This document shows, piece by piece, positions 62,889 to 64,000 of a stretch of 64,000 bases of DNA. The stretch spans positions 9,920,001 to 9,984,000 of the forward strand of contig NC_092671.1 of NCBI RefSeq assembly GCF_964355755.1, read 5' to 3'. Every line of letters begins with the position of its first letter. Positions within the stretch are counted from its first letter, which is position 1. Made by a program: the position numbers and the translations under genes. Origin of the DNA: Antedon mediterranea. Its lineage: Eukaryota > Animalia > Echinodermata. Below the pieces are notes generated by a model. It saw nothing but the letters and a program-made list of their open reading frames with translations, did not search any database and was not told the origin of the DNA.

Positions 62889-64000
62889 TTATTCTGTAGC
62901 ACATATTTTCATACAATCATTGGCTAATGATTTCTGCTTTATATCCATGAGTGCACTATACAGTCCTCCCTTTGTACATGTGTCCGTGTACTCAGTTTTC
63001 CATTTCAGCATCATCTGTATTGCATGGTCTTCTTTTGAAAAGTACTCTTTCTCAATGTTTTTTATGTCGTTCTCAATTTGGTCGTCACCGCGTACCAAAC
63101 GGGCAATCTTCTTCCAGTGCGTCTGGGTTAAAGGAGCGATACGATAAATCTGTCGATGAGTTAACTCTTCTTGACTTTGTCGCAAAATTTGCTCGTTAAA
63201 CAATGCTGGCATAGGAGTAGTTGACTATAACACACAAAAATATATATATAAATAAATAATATCAGAAAACACAATAAAACAAGGGTACTCCAAATAGAAC
63301 ATACCACCAAATGATTTGGATACATTCCCCAATCCATTCCCTAAAATACTTACTGTTGATGAAGAAGATGGTACATTTGCATAAAATGCTGACGTGTTTG
63401 GAGCGTTTCCTACAGACACCATGCTAGACATTCGGGCACTTGGTTGGCTACCAACAACCGTCGTATTTCCGGAAATCTGTGACAGGGTCGGTAACGGCGG
63501 TGAAGACCGAGAAAAAGATGGAATGGAGCCATAAAATTGTGGTGAGCGTGGCGGTGTTCTTGGGGGAGTGTCACCTGGTGGACTGATCTGAAGGTTTTCA
63601 AGAAGTTCATCGTTGCTCGATTCTTGGTCGTAACGCATACGTTTTTTTGCGGTAGCTGCACATGTTGGGTGAGCACGCTTTCTGGAACGTCTGGTTACAC
63701 CTCTACTAGTACTTGCTGTAGATATGAAAAACAGATTTTGTTGAGACGGTGTTTACACAGTTTATAAATACTTGTACTGTTCGAAATGTTATCAGTGTAA
63801 ACATATATCATTCAACAAAGGCTAATGAATATATTGTTTGTTTCCATTATAACTATTATGCTCTAAAGGTCAAAATAGAGAAAAATGTGAAAGCACTAAA
63901 TTAAGATTTGATGCCATTTACAGTGGATACTTACGTTGATCTTCATCTAACGTACTGGTAGACCTAGCTGGTGAGCTTGCAGCTGAACTAGATTGAGATC
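62889..64000 (-). CDS. 3' end of an unidentified protein with a C-terminal death domain
   Basis: Exons (>64000)-63935, 63715-63354 and 63224-62889 join in phases 1 and 0; Ser/Pro-rich linker followed by a death fold (HWKKIARLV...IKNIEKEY...AIQMMLKWK...TKGGLYSALMDIKQKSLA). Confidence 0.8.

Noticed and set aside
63225-63353. ORF extension VSILGNGLGNVSKSFGGMF...
   Set aside because: Read-through into the intron; the gtaagt donor at 63353 gives the correct phase.

Overview
AT-rich animal genomic DNA with GT-AG introns and many short transposon relics; the gene content suggests an invertebrate deuterostome, possibly an echinoderm (inference). Spliced gene models built by hand from splice sites and frame continuity: (1) eIF1/SUI1 on the minus strand (4 exons, 110 aa), head-to-head with a tandem cluster of initiator tRNA-Met genes (2 intact, 1 pseudogene); (2) a p75NTR/NGFR-like TNF receptor on the plus strand (signal peptide, 4 Cys-rich repeats, TM helix, death domain, about 400 aa); (3) SETD2 on the minus strand (20 coding exons, about 2644 aa) with a 16-nt micro-exon and a 4.7-kb exon; (4) the 3' end of an unidentified death-domain gene at the right edge; (5) a probable 5' coding exon of an unknown gene at the left edge. 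Non-coding DNA holds Harbinger-, hAT-, Kolobok- and pogo-like MITEs, a foldback element with three kB-consensus motifs 65 bp apart, tRNA-derived SINEs, LINE relics and three hammerhead-ribozyme-like motifs. Best leads: the eIF1/tRNAi-Met linkage, strand-specific and repeated RNA hairpins in SETD2 introns, and the kB-bearing element in the receptor intron. No clearly new multi-gene system is proven by the sequence alone.
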